Assembly: GCA_003971905.1 (NCBI GenBank)
Contig: RSEE01000131.1
Span: 1 to 64,000 of the forward strand
Direction: 5' to 3'
DNA from: Moniliella sp. 'wahieum'
Taxonomy: Eukaryota
Length of the DNA stretch: 64,000 nucleotides
The position numbers and the translations under genes were made by a program. Numbering within the stretch: position 1 is the first letter of the stretch; every line of letters starts with the position of its first letter. Under the pieces are notes generated by a model, which did not search any database, was not told where the DNA came from, and saw only the letters and a list, made by a program, of their open reading frames with translations. Of this stretch, positions 35,567 through 47,065 are shown one piece after another.

Positions 35567-37546
35567 ATGCGCACCCGCCAGCTGCTGGGAAAGACCATTC
35601 CTCTCCTACTTCTCGCGTATGGCATGTGAGTATGTGCCGCGTGCAGGTGCGCGATGCACCCCTGGCTGTGTGGCTGTTGCCTGACTGTTCCGCCTGGCTG
35701 CCTGTTGCTTGCAGTCCGGCCTATATCTGCACCTACACGTACATCCAGCAACATCTTCGCCCCGCCCACTCGGATTTGGCCATCAATGCCTTGCTGGTGT
35801 ATCTCCACATCCTGCTTCTGCTCGTCGTGACGAGCTACCTGCGGATCTACCTTGCACGCGTCCCCGACCCCCGCCACTCTAACCATCCTAGCCACCTCCC
35901 CTCCGCCTGGGCGCGACCCGGAAACCGCCTTGCCCAGCTCGCCGTGTTCCTGGCTTGCTGGGTCGCCACGACGTTTTTCCCTCTGCGGTTGCGGGACCCC
36001 CTTCCTTCTTCCTCGCGAGGAAGAGTGGGACCGGATGCGCAAACATGTTTTGCACCAGTGTGATTCTCGTGGACAGGTGCTGCGCTGCTGGCGAGATGGG
36101 TGTGGAGGACGCTTCAAACCTGCCCGGTGCGTTGCTATGAGCGCGCCATCTGTTCTTGCTTGTCCCGCCTGATACTAATGTTCTTTCGCTCGCCCGTCAC
36201 AGCACTCGCCACTGCGGCGACTGTGGCACCTGTCGTCCTGGTCTGGACCATCATTGTCCTCTGGTACGTACGCGTCGCCCCTCTGTCTTGTCATGTTCGG
36301 GGCCTAGGCAGCTAACATCAGAACGATGTACGCGCGTAGTTTGCCCAGGATATTGTGGTCAAGCATACCCTGTCCAGCTTCTTGGCCTTTCTCGTATTTT
36401 CCTCGGCCCTTTTCCTCCTCTCTTGGCACTCACCTGGCGCTGGACCGTAGCCAACACAATGACCATCGCCCGCTTTGCCTGGTTGGACCCTAGTATGGGA
36501 CCGGCGTGGTGGGAGAAACGGTGGACGTGGTACGGCGGTCCCAATACCCGCTATGTCGGTGCCTTGATCCAAGCCCGCCGCTTGCTCCGTGCCAAGCACC
36601 CCGACCACACCTATACCCTGATGCCCTTGGTCGTGCTCAGTGGCGCAGTCGGATGTACCTGCATCGCCTATGGTACGTACTTGTCTTGCCTTGTCTGTCT
36701 CCCAACCCTTTCTTACACTCACGCTTCCCCCGCTCCCGCTCCCTCTGCATCTTGCATCTTGCATCTTGCCTCCTCCCTTGCCGCCGCCAGCGTTAGGATG
36801 GGCCACCTTTCGCAACGCCCTCCAAGGCGACCTGACCATCGATCGACGACGACGCACATGGTTGCGCCCGCCAGAGCCTGCGCCGCAGCCTACTTGGTCC
36901 CCTGCCGCGCCCCGCACCTCCCCCGCACCTGTGGCCACCGCTATCGAAGGTCCCCAGCGTGGGTCGGCAGTGCTCCTCCGTAGTGGTGCCGTCCCTTGCC
37001 GACGCCGACCAACAAAGGCAGAGGGGGGCGACACTCCCCTCGCTTCTCCCTCCCCCTCGCCTTCCACCTTGCCTTCTCGGCCCGAGCCGAGGTCCGAGTC
37101 GCTGTCGCCTTGGATGTACTTTTGGGTACCGTGCGCGCTGTGCGGTCCGTTGGTGCCCCCCCGCGCCAGCGCCGCTCAGCACCACGTCCTGGACCAGGGC
37201 GGGATCGTCGTCGCTCTCCACGAGCTGGAACGGCCTTACGGGACAGAAGGTCTATCGTTGTACCAACTGTTTTCGTTTATCGAGTACGTCCCCTCCCCCC
37301 CTCTTACCGTCCCCGCTCCTTGTTGCGAATCGAATTGGGTGGAGTGGAGTTTCTTTGACTGACACCTTCCCCCCCGCCGGTGGTGTCTCTATTGTTGTTG
37401 TTGTTGTTGTTGTTGTCGTTGGGGACAGTCCGTGGTGCTCATCTGTTGATCAGCTGCAGCCTGCCTTGCCCCAACATACTCGTCGCCGCCTCGTTTCGCT
37501 CGCGCGACACCAATTTGACCGCCTCGCCGAACCACCGTCAGCCTAA
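35567..37546 (+). CDS. DHHC palmitoyltransferase; introns 35626..35714, 36127..36202, 36264..36339, ~36673..36791, 37284..37428
   Basis: The spliced cysteine-rich domain reads RCWRDGCGGRFKPAR|TRHCGDCGTCRPGLDHHCPL|FAQDIV. There are TM helices on both sides and a DLTID (TTxE-like) segment. Splicing keeps the frame at introns 1, 2, 3 and 5. Confidence 0.88.
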
Positions 37547-38436
37547 CAATTGACACGCCCGGGACCCATCCCATCGGCATTGGTTGCGCGACCTAGCTCG
37601 AGCCTGCTGCCCATCCACGTCCCTCGCTACGCGGCCATGGCTCCTGGCTCCTGATTTAACCTGATTCCTGGGTTTTGGTTGCCGCACTGCCCCCCCCCTC
37701 TATGCACGTCCCCTGCACCGTGCCCCAGCTTGCTCGCGCTGGGTTCTGGCCCAGTAAGAGGCGCTGATGGGCGCTGAGGCCGAGGGAGGACCGGGAGGAT
37801 GCGAGGGGCTGTGAGGGGTGTGTCGGAGTACTGAGTGCTAGTGATGGCGAGCGATCGAGAGTGGAGCTAGATAGTGGCAGGCAGTGGCTAGTAGTACTAG
37901 TCGAGTAAAGCGCCGCGCTTGGGCCGGACACTGTCGAGGAATGAGCGCCGTCCTATAGTCGCGTCGGCAACACCCAGCCAGTACCCGATGTACGCAGCAT
38001 AGCAACGCGAAGCACGCGCCTGCCCCACCTCCACCTCCACCACACCGTTGCGGCCCATTGGGCTCCGCGACTTGCGCCACTCGCTCACACGCAGCACGCT
38101 CGCCCGCTCGCCCTCCACCCCCACCTCCGCTCAGAGGGGAGAACGGGTACCCGATGGACATGGGACATGGGGCGTGAGTTGGAACGACGTTGAACGGTTG
38201 ACGATGGATCATGGATCCTCAGGCGTCCCACGTCGCATGACTATGCAGGATGGATGGCATGCGGCTCTCGTCCCTATATAGTCAGTCCGTGTCGGTACCT
38301 CCTTCCCCATCAGCTCACGTGGCGTCGGGAGGGTAGGCAACGCAGCCACACTGCCAGGCAGCCAAGCGGAGAGAAGGTACTAGTCATACAATCACGTAGG
38401 CAAAAAAAATGATACACGTGGCCCGAGGGCTTGATG

Positions 38437-38528
38437 GCTCAAGGGCTCGAGGGCTCGAGGGCTCAAGGGCTCAAGGGCTCAAGGGCTCAAGGGCTCAAGG
38501 GCTCAAGGGCTCAAGGGCTCGAGGGTTC
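38437..38528. repeat. (GGCTC(A/G)AG)n octamer tandem repeat, ~11 copies
   Basis: Directly visible. Confidence 0.92.
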
Positions 38529-38780
38529 AAGGGGATGGAGCTTGAAGCGTCAAGTGAGCGCACCGGTACGCGCGTACCGGCCGCGAAGGGATAGGATAAA
38601 TGCGGGGTCCGGGCCGTGGCGGATTGCGGCGGGCCACAGAGCACGCACGAGGCAGGCCCGAGCCCAAAAGCGGCGTGAGAGGGGGCATAGAACGAACGTG
38701 TGCGCTCGGGTCCCCGAGGCAGGCGACCAAGCAGCTCTACCATGTGCCGATGGGCCGCGCACCGCACCAAGAGGAGGAGC

Positions 38781-38830
38781 AGCCAAAGCCAAAGCCAAAG
38801 CCAAAGCCAAAGCCAAAGCCAAAGCCAAAG
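38781..38830. repeat. (AGCCAA)8 microsatellite
   Basis: Directly visible. Confidence 0.92.
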
Positions 38831-38899
38831 GAGCGAGAAGGCGCAAATAAGTACAGCAACCGAGGGCGGAAGGGGTGGTTGGATTTGGGGGGGTAGTAT

Positions 38900-41800
38900 C
38901 GTGCGGACTGCGGAGGGGGAGGTGGCTCAGATACCCATCAACGTTCCGGCCGCAGAGAGGATCAGGGCGGGATGCCGGTCCATGTGGCGTTCTGGGAGGA
39001 GCGCAAGGGTAGGAGAGGACATCCAGAGCCGCCCATCCGTCCGGCAAGAGTTGGAGTTGAAGGTTACGCCCGGCGGTGCAGATGCCCAGTACGACGGGGA
39101 ACGTCATAGGCGGTGGGAGGGGGAGCGTGTCCGTGTCCGTGTCCGGGTCCTTGTCTGTGTCTGTGTACGTGTCCTGCTCGGCCCCGTCGGTGGGTGCCGT
39201 AAGCAGCGCCGTGATCCGGAACGATGGGAGGGCGGTACGGGACCTGTGGGGTGGCTAAAGACAGAAAAGGTGATGCGGAGCAAGCGCAGTGGTCGACCGC
39301 CACAGGCAGCGTCGTAAGCGGGACGGGCAACTCCATCTGGTACGGCTCGGCTGCCACGGGGGCGCAGGACGGCGTCGCAGAGGGAAGGATGGGCGCGAGC
39401 GGATCAGTGTGTCCCAGGGGGCGATAGTTTGGCGGTCGTGAGCAGCGAGCAGGGGGACGGGTTTGGTCGTCTCCGCCCGTCGGGAGCGGGGGGGGGACAC
39501 TGTGTCACTAGTAGGTCCGCAGTGCGACCCGATCGAAATTGAAGCGTGGGGGGAGTACGTCTCCTCGCCCTCTTTCACCCACCCAGCGAGGGGCGACGCC
39601 GACCGGCTCGTTTGGGCCTCCTTTCTCGGTTCCTGCGAAGAAGATCCCATGGGTGAAGGGGAAGCAACCATCGTGCCTAGGGGCACAGGTGTGCCAGGCT
39701 GAATCGATTTTTCCTCGGCTGGACAAGACAACGGAGCTCCCTCCGTGGTTGCGCGAGGGGGTGCAGATGCAGATGCAGATGCAGGCAGCGAGCGGTCCCA
39801 GAACGTCTCCCCCTCTTTTGATTCGTCAGGCCGCGTCGACCGAGCAAGAGCTAGGTTCATAGTTCGTGAGCTGGGCCAAAGCCGCGCCCGCCCTTCCTTC
39901 TCCTTCTCGGCGGAAGAGGAAGAGGAAGGGGCAATAAGAGGAGACAGAAGATGGGTGGGCGCAGGCAGGGGTGCCCGACCAGGTGAGGGCTTGATCCTTG
40001 TCACGGACGTCAAGGGCATAGCGCGTGCCCCAACATGGTTTTCACCTGAGCGCCCTCCCGGTGCAGGCCCCACCAGGCCGCTTTCCCGCGAACTGGATAC
40101 TGCGACGCCCGTAGACAATGCGGTCTGAGCTTCGGGGGGGTGGGTTCTTCGCGTGTCGCAGCCGGGCCCGTGAGGGCCCGAGGCTGGCGTGATACTGGGC
40201 AACCAGAGGGGGCGACTCGAGCGACATGTGCACAGAGGGAGGAACGCTATCGCCCACAGAACGAGAGGTGTGCGAATGGTTGCTTGCGTGGGGGTGCAAA
40301 TGCAAAGCGCGAGCTGTGGAAGAAAAGGAGTGAGGCAAGATACGCGCCGTGCGGCGTTTGGCATCCGTTTCCGTCTTGCAGCTCTGCTCTGGAGGGTGAT
40401 GAGGAGCCGGCTTTCCTTTGCCCACAGCCCGTTGATAGGCCAGACCCAATTGGCCAAACTCTGATGCGAAGGAGAGCCCGTGGCAAGGAAGCTGGTTGTC
40501 AGCCCTCGTGCGCGTGGGAGAGTGGTTCCCTACACGAGGAGGGGGCGAGGTGCACTGGAGGGAGGTGTGAACGCTTCGTGATGAGGTCTGACCGCTCTCC
40601 GTCCCGATGGCGGTGTCTCCGTTGGAAGCGCTCGACTTAAAAACTCGCTCTCGGTGGCCGACAGCCCCGCGCCACCAGACCTGGTGGGAGCGGCGCGAAG
40701 AGGGAGGGGCAGAGGGACCACGCAAGGTTGATGACCCCTCTTCATCTCGGCATGAACTATTATGCTGCAAGGCTGAATCGTGGTCGAGAGCAGAAGGTGT
40801 TAATATATCGCAACAACGACAGCAATTGGGAAAGTGGGGGGGGGAAGGAGTGGAGGGAACACAGCGCACCATCTTGTTCGAGGACGCAGCCAAGTGTGGC
40901 TGGGGCCGTTTGAGGCTAAAACGGGACATGAGCGCGCGATCCCACCTAGAAAATGATGGTCGGCGCTCTTCTCCAGTGGAGCCCAGTGGCGTTCCTGGCT
41001 GGGCGTGTGGGGACTACGGACTTGGGCCCAACTGCTGGGAGATAACAACAAAGACCATGCCCCAGATGAGCTAGGCGAATGGCCATGTGGGTCTGGTCGG
41101 AAGATGGAAGCCAGGGGTACCATGAGGCGTGCCGGGCACCGATGTAGGCGCGATATCGTCTTGTCCTTCGGAGGGTGGAGTAGGCACAGCTGATGGATCG
41201 TCGGATGTGCGGCTGAGGATTGGGCCCGGTGAGTGGGGCCGCACGTCGTGTCCCGGGAGGCAGTGGGGACCCGGAGCGAGAACCAGGGGTTGAACGAACC
41301 GTGGGCGGGGCTCCTGTTGACACGGTTGAGGGCGGCTCGGGCCCACTATGGCGCTTATAGGCCACAGTGCTTAATGATGGAAGCAGGGTGCGTCCCTGGG
41401 CCCGCGCGTTCGTTTCTGACGAACTGGGCGAGCGGGGCGTATGGGGAAAGCGTGGTTTGCTACTGGCCATACCCGTAGGTTTGGCCGCACTCACAGGGAA
41501 GAGACGTAACCGTCCACGTCCCTGAACGGAGGGAGCCGACGGCGGGACCCCGGCTGGGGTGAGCAAAGGAGGGGAGGATGGCAATGTAGAGGGGTTGGAG
41601 GCCTCTGATGAAGCAGAACCTCGGGCTGCCTCTGGGCGATGGTTGGCTAGGCGAATGGGCGGGAGACCATGATGCGAATCGGACAAGATAAAAAGATGAA
41701 ACGTGGTAGGGATGGAGGAAAAGACTGAAGTAGCCCGTCCAAGCAGAGGTGACGGGCCACGGGACTTTTTGATGGTTGCCTGCCCATCCTCCAAGTCCAC

Positions 41801-42892
41801 GTGGTGGGCTTGGGAGAGATCCGGGACGCGGGAGACAAGAACAACAGTGGGCTGCTGGGGAGAGCGGGAGATGAGGCAGGCAGGAAAGGGAATGCTGACC
41901 GTCCAGAGAGGCTCTTGGTCACAACGGGCCACAGCCAAAAAGTGTCTGTCATGCGCATGACCCCGGGCCGACGGATGGGAAAATTGAAGGGAGGTGTTCC
42001 ATGTGAGGTTGAGAGGGACAGGGGCGTCAAAGCCGATGGATGAGAGGCACTCACGGTGCGCAGTCAGCGCGTCCACCATGAGAGTGTAGTCCAACAGAGG
42101 ATACGGATGGAGCGTTAGACTGCCATTGCATGCAGCTGTGGGATTGAGTTCAGCTTCATTTCCTCCTTTGGATCGACGCAAAACGTATCCGGAGCAAAGA
42201 GGAGCGCTCCTTGGGCCGAATCGGGGATAGTATTGGGTGTCGGCGGCGCCGAGGAAGCGCTTAGCAAACTCGACGAACGAGGCTGGGCATTGGCTTGGTC
42301 CGAGTCACGGACGGCTCGGAGAGCGTCCGCGAGCAAATCCGAATCGAGGGCAGCAATATCGCGGTCCGAGTCCAGACCAAGGCTGGCGAACCCGCCGAGG
42401 AGCCCCGAGGGAGAGGACAAGGGACACTACTACGAGCATGGGGGCGTGGCTGCGAGGGAAGGGGGTGGGTTGGTGCGATGGGGAAAGACGGGTGCAGTTA
42501 CGGCGCAGGTGGCGGGCAAATGAGTCTTCGATGTCGTCCACGGTGGCTGCGGGTGGGAGCAAGGCGGTGGAGGGATTCGATGCGTCGGCGGGGGGCGTGG
42601 TGGTGGGGGAGTGGGAGTGGGAGTGGGAGAGGGAGGGTGTGCGGGAGGGCGGGAGGGAGGGGGAGGGAGGAGCAGAGGGGGGTTGGTGGTGGTGGTGGTG
42701 GAGGCGGGCGCGAGGGTGGCGAGGACGTGGGTGCGCTTGTGGGAGGAGAGGAGGCCGAGTGTGATGGAGGAGCGATGCGGAGGGGCGGGGCGATGTGGTG
42801 GGGGGCGGGGAGGAGGAGGGGGAGGCGAGCAGCGGCGGCGGCGCACGGCAGGGGCAGCGGCAGGGGCAGCGGCAGGGGCAGCGGCATGGGCA
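38900..42892 (-). CDS. Large hypothetical protein (globular N-terminal third with a possible TM segment, long Ser/Pro-rich remainder); boundaries uncertain
   Basis: Overlapping minus ORFs 42115, 40946, 40042, 39255 and 38550. Protein-like blocks: VDDIEDSFARHLRRNC; MLVVVSLVLSLG-LLGGFASLGL; LHPYPLLDYTLMVDALTAHRECL..LNLTWNTSLQF. Confidence 0.5.
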
Positions 42893-43297
42893 TCAGCCGC
42901 TGCGTCGGCCGAGGTGGTGGTGGTGCTTCGGCCGCGGTGGGTAGCGAGCGAGGGCGCAGGGGGGGCGGAAGCGTAAAGGGGAGGGTGTTGAGCTTGGATG
43001 GGGAACGCAGCTGGCAGTGCCCCACTGCGGCGGCTGCAGCTTAAAGCCTAAATGCTACCTGTGCGCCCTCTCCTGCAGGGCCATCTACACTATGTTGGCG
43101 TTTCCCCACCAGCAGCACAGTGGCCCCGTGCTGCGCGCAATGCGTGCTGGTTGCTAGTTGCCAGGTGCCGGTTGCTGTTAGGTGCTGAGCCCAGGCGGCG
43201 GGGCAAGTGTGCTGCACGTGGGCAGCCCACACTGCGGCTGTGCCTGCATTGGGGGGCTGTCACGCCATCTGCTGCTGCAGGGGGTCGTGCCAGGGCA

Positions 43298-43381
43298 GTG
43301 TGCGGGCGCTGGCCGTGTGGGGCGCTGGCCGTGTGCGGGCGCTGGCCGTGTGCGGGCGCTGGCCGCGTGCGGGGGCTGACC
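43298..43381. repeat. 17-bp minisatellite GTGTGCGGGCGCTGGCC, ~5 copies
   Basis: Directly visible, intergenic. Confidence 0.9.
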
Positions 43382-46300
43382 GTCTGCGGCGATCTCAGTG
43401 CGATGCCCCCTGGCAGCCGTGCGGCGCGGTGAGTGCTCAGTACGTACGCAAGTCACACAGTCCCCCCGTGCTTGTACTCGGTGGCAAATCGCGGGCGGAG
43501 AAGAGCAGCCTGGGCGCACGCGAGCACCCTGGCGCACCCTGGCGCCTACCGCGGCCGCCGAGCCTTCGCCAGCCCGCCGGCCGCTCTGAGCCAGTCTCTG
43601 CCCCTCGCCTGCTGCCTTGCCTCCATCTCCGGTCCCACCCTGCCTCGACACACGCCATGGCGCCCGAGCCAAAAACCCAAGTACGCACAGAGCAACACCA
43701 GCAATACACGCCTGTCCCTGGTGGCCAGTTACGCTGAGCTAAGCCCCCGCCACATTGTGTACTTGGGCATCGACCTTGGATCTTAGACCTTGGATCTTAT
43801 CGCCATCGCTGCTGCAAACGCCGCTCCCCCCGTTACGTACCCCGGCTGAGCTGCGCTTAGCTCAGCGGCGCAGCCCACAGGTAGTAGCCACATGGATAGA
43901 GTCACGCGTCACGCTGCCCCCCGTGGTCCACATGTCTCCTCCCTGCAGGCCAGCAGCAATAGCCCAAGTACACTGGAAACGTCCGCCCCGCCAATCGGGT
44001 CTAGCCAGCATACGCGTCCGTACGCAGTCCACGCTCCGCTGACCGTGTGGTGCGATCGCATCTTGGAGCCCCTGCCGCTGCTGCTGCCCACTTGGCAATG
44101 CCTCGCCTCGATCGTTGCATTGCCAAGATCGTCCAAAGCATGGGCCATGCAATCTCCACCCCCCGTCCGTCCACCGTCCACATACCGCTGTTCAACGGGC
44201 AAACCCCCCTCTCCCACCACCCATCTCTCTCCTGCGGCAAAACGCGGACAAAAAAGAGGGAGAGAAGAGGACCTTCCTGGACCTCCTTCTTCCGTGTGAT
44301 GGGGGGCCGAGAGTGCCCCAACAACCCCCCATCTGTGGCAAACACCACACGCTGTGCGCAATCGCTCGACAAGGACGGGAAACAACACCGTAGTAGCGCA
44401 CCAACATGTGCTGTACCGTTTTCATCAACAGAGATATCGCCATGTGCCACATCTTTTTTTGTCTTATCTGATCCCATGGCCACAGGTATAGACCACGACA
44501 GCATAGACCGCACGCAGGCCTCCCTATACACCGGCGTGGTCTGCTCTGCGGTGCAGCTGTACCCCCCTCGTCATCCATGGGACCGGGTTACTCTGCCACC
44601 GTCCACGCCCCAACTCATCGACCATCCCAGCCATAGGAACACGTATCTTTCGACCATGTGCCCGTAGAGGGGGGGGTCATCGAGTGCATCCTGCGCCAAA
44701 AACACATCACGGGGAGATGCGGCCGAGCACACGGCTTTCAATTGCGCGCGGAAGATACCGATACGTAGGCCGCCAGCATTGGTTTGGCCCCGCACCGCTG
44801 TACCATGCCACTCGTCCCGGCTGCCACTCAAGTCCTCGCCTCTGCACCCACTGGCCGAAGCTCGTCCAAAGCCCGGGTGACCAATGCAACGCGGGCAGTC
44901 AGGGCGGCAAGGCGCGCACACCCCCATGGGACAAGCCGGGTGTTGGCAAGATGCTGAACACGTGCCAAGTCAGTAGCAGGTGCAAGAGTTTTAGGAGATT
45001 GTGACCGTTTGTCTCGGTAGAGTGTGTGGAACCGGAAATGCAAAAGGGGGTGTTGGTTTTGGTCATCTGCCATCGTGAACGATATAATTGAGAGAAGGGA
45101 AACGGGATGGGCGAAGAGCAGGACTCGACGAGAGAGGGACTTTTGATGATTAACAGCATATAACAAAAAGACAGACATCGTCTGCACCAAGCTTTCCCGA
45201 CCTGTTGAGCGCCCTGGGCGTGGGCGCGCTCCCGGGGTGAGCTACGAGCATCGCGCCAACCCCCAATGAGAGATGCGTGAGAAGATCTCGTTGATAGCCA
45301 CTTGGGGTTTCTACTGTTATCTTTTTCCCTCCGAATCTGGAGTAGGACGGAGCGCGACATCAACACGCAGCCCTTTACTAGTCCCACAGCGACTGCGAGG
45401 TTCAAGGTGATACCCACGTCGAGCGTGGAGCTTGAAGCTGCGACGCCCCAAAGTCGCCCATCCCCGAGACGCATAGGTATACGATAGGGTGTACGATGGG
45501 AGTTGGCACACCTGAGGCAGAAGGCAGGAAGCTGCAAGACGGGTGTACGATCGTTATACGCGGTCCCCGTTACGATGGCAGATGGGCCGGCCCGCCGCGG
45601 TTGTGCAACAACAGTGCACAGCGACCATCAATGCAATCGTGAACGTAGGAATATGGAATCACGCGTCACGACCACGCATGGACCAATCCCCCCCCTCAAA
45701 TTATCAAAAGAGGGGCAGTGAAATCTATCTGAGGAACTGGGGCTGCAAAGAGGAGGCTTGCCAGACGATGGGCAATTGTTCAAATGTCAAAAGGAGCCAG
45801 GCCTCAGGAACCTCAGCTGCTGAGATACTGAGATCTGAGATTCTGAGATCTGAATCTGAGAAGAGGCCAGCAAACGGGGGGGCTCGGCGGATTAAGGATT
45901 GCTGGTTGCCAGGTACAGTTACTGGTTACCGGATATGTCAGGTTGCTAACGGGTACGGTTAGGTACCGGTTAGGCCTTAACGCCGGTTACGCGTTACGCG
46001 CTACGCGTTGTGCCCTTGGGCGTTGGAATGTAGGTAGCCGCGTACACGTGACGCGTGACGTGTGACCTGCCTGTGACCGTCGATGTTCAACTCAACGTGA
46101 TGCGTGATGAACGTTGAACCTTATGAACACCCTGCTGCGAAGAAGCGTCTGACGCGTCACGTGGAAAGGATCGATGGCCAGGACGAGGGGGGTGGCCAGT
46201 GCTCAGATTCACATGCCACACGAGGGGAAGAGCAGCGAGGGTGGCGTGTGTGTGCTGTGGTGCCTGAGTGAAACCGGGGTGGTTGAACGTGTAGGTTAAA

Positions 46301-47065
46301 CTCTGTAACAAAGTACCCGGCCATCACATCCATCATCCCTCGTGCACCATACATCACCCTTCCACCCATGCCATATTCAACACGGACCAGATGCTACCAC
46401 CCTTGGCAATGGACATTTCAAATGATGTTTTTTTTGCCTTGCTGTGTTTTTCCTGCGAAGGACTCGCACGTCGCGTGGATAGCTGTGCGAACAAGACCAT
46501 CGCCCTCCCCTCGCTGGAGCAGTTGTCCTCCTGGACTGTGGCTCTCCTTGGCCTCCTGGGAAAGGAAGACGGCGGGGGCATGCTGGAGCAAGGGAGGAGG
46601 GAGGCGACAATGAATTTCGTACACCCCCTAGAAGGTGTATACAATGGGAGGCAACGAGTGAACAATGCTCCCTGGAAGGGGGGAGATACATGAATTGCCT
46701 GCGGTTTGTTCCTGCAGCCAAGGGTACCGGGGTGAGTGTGACTGGGTTATTCAAGGGGGGGCTGGCTGGGCTGCGGCCTACTGCTGCAGCCCCCCGGGCC
46801 GACTGCAACCCCCCCGATTAATTAAAAAATTGAATTGCTCCGCAAGTCACAAAGCACACCCGGGGTGCCTGGGCCTGCTGGGCTCCAACAGGAAAGGCAG
46901 GCTGGGCGTGGCTGGGCAAGGCATGCACGCTGAGGGGAGCGCGAGGGCGGCGCCGGAGGAGGCGAGGCCGAGGGCGCAGAGACGCTCGCCCTCGCTCCCC
47001 TGCGACCATCCATCCCTCTTCTCTCCCTCTGCCACCACCGCCCCCGCCCCCCGCCGCTCCTTCCC

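Noticed and set aside
38437..43381. Tandem repeats (38437..38528, 43298..43381) as CRISPR arrays
   Set aside because: No unique spacers, no cas genes, and a eukaryotic context.
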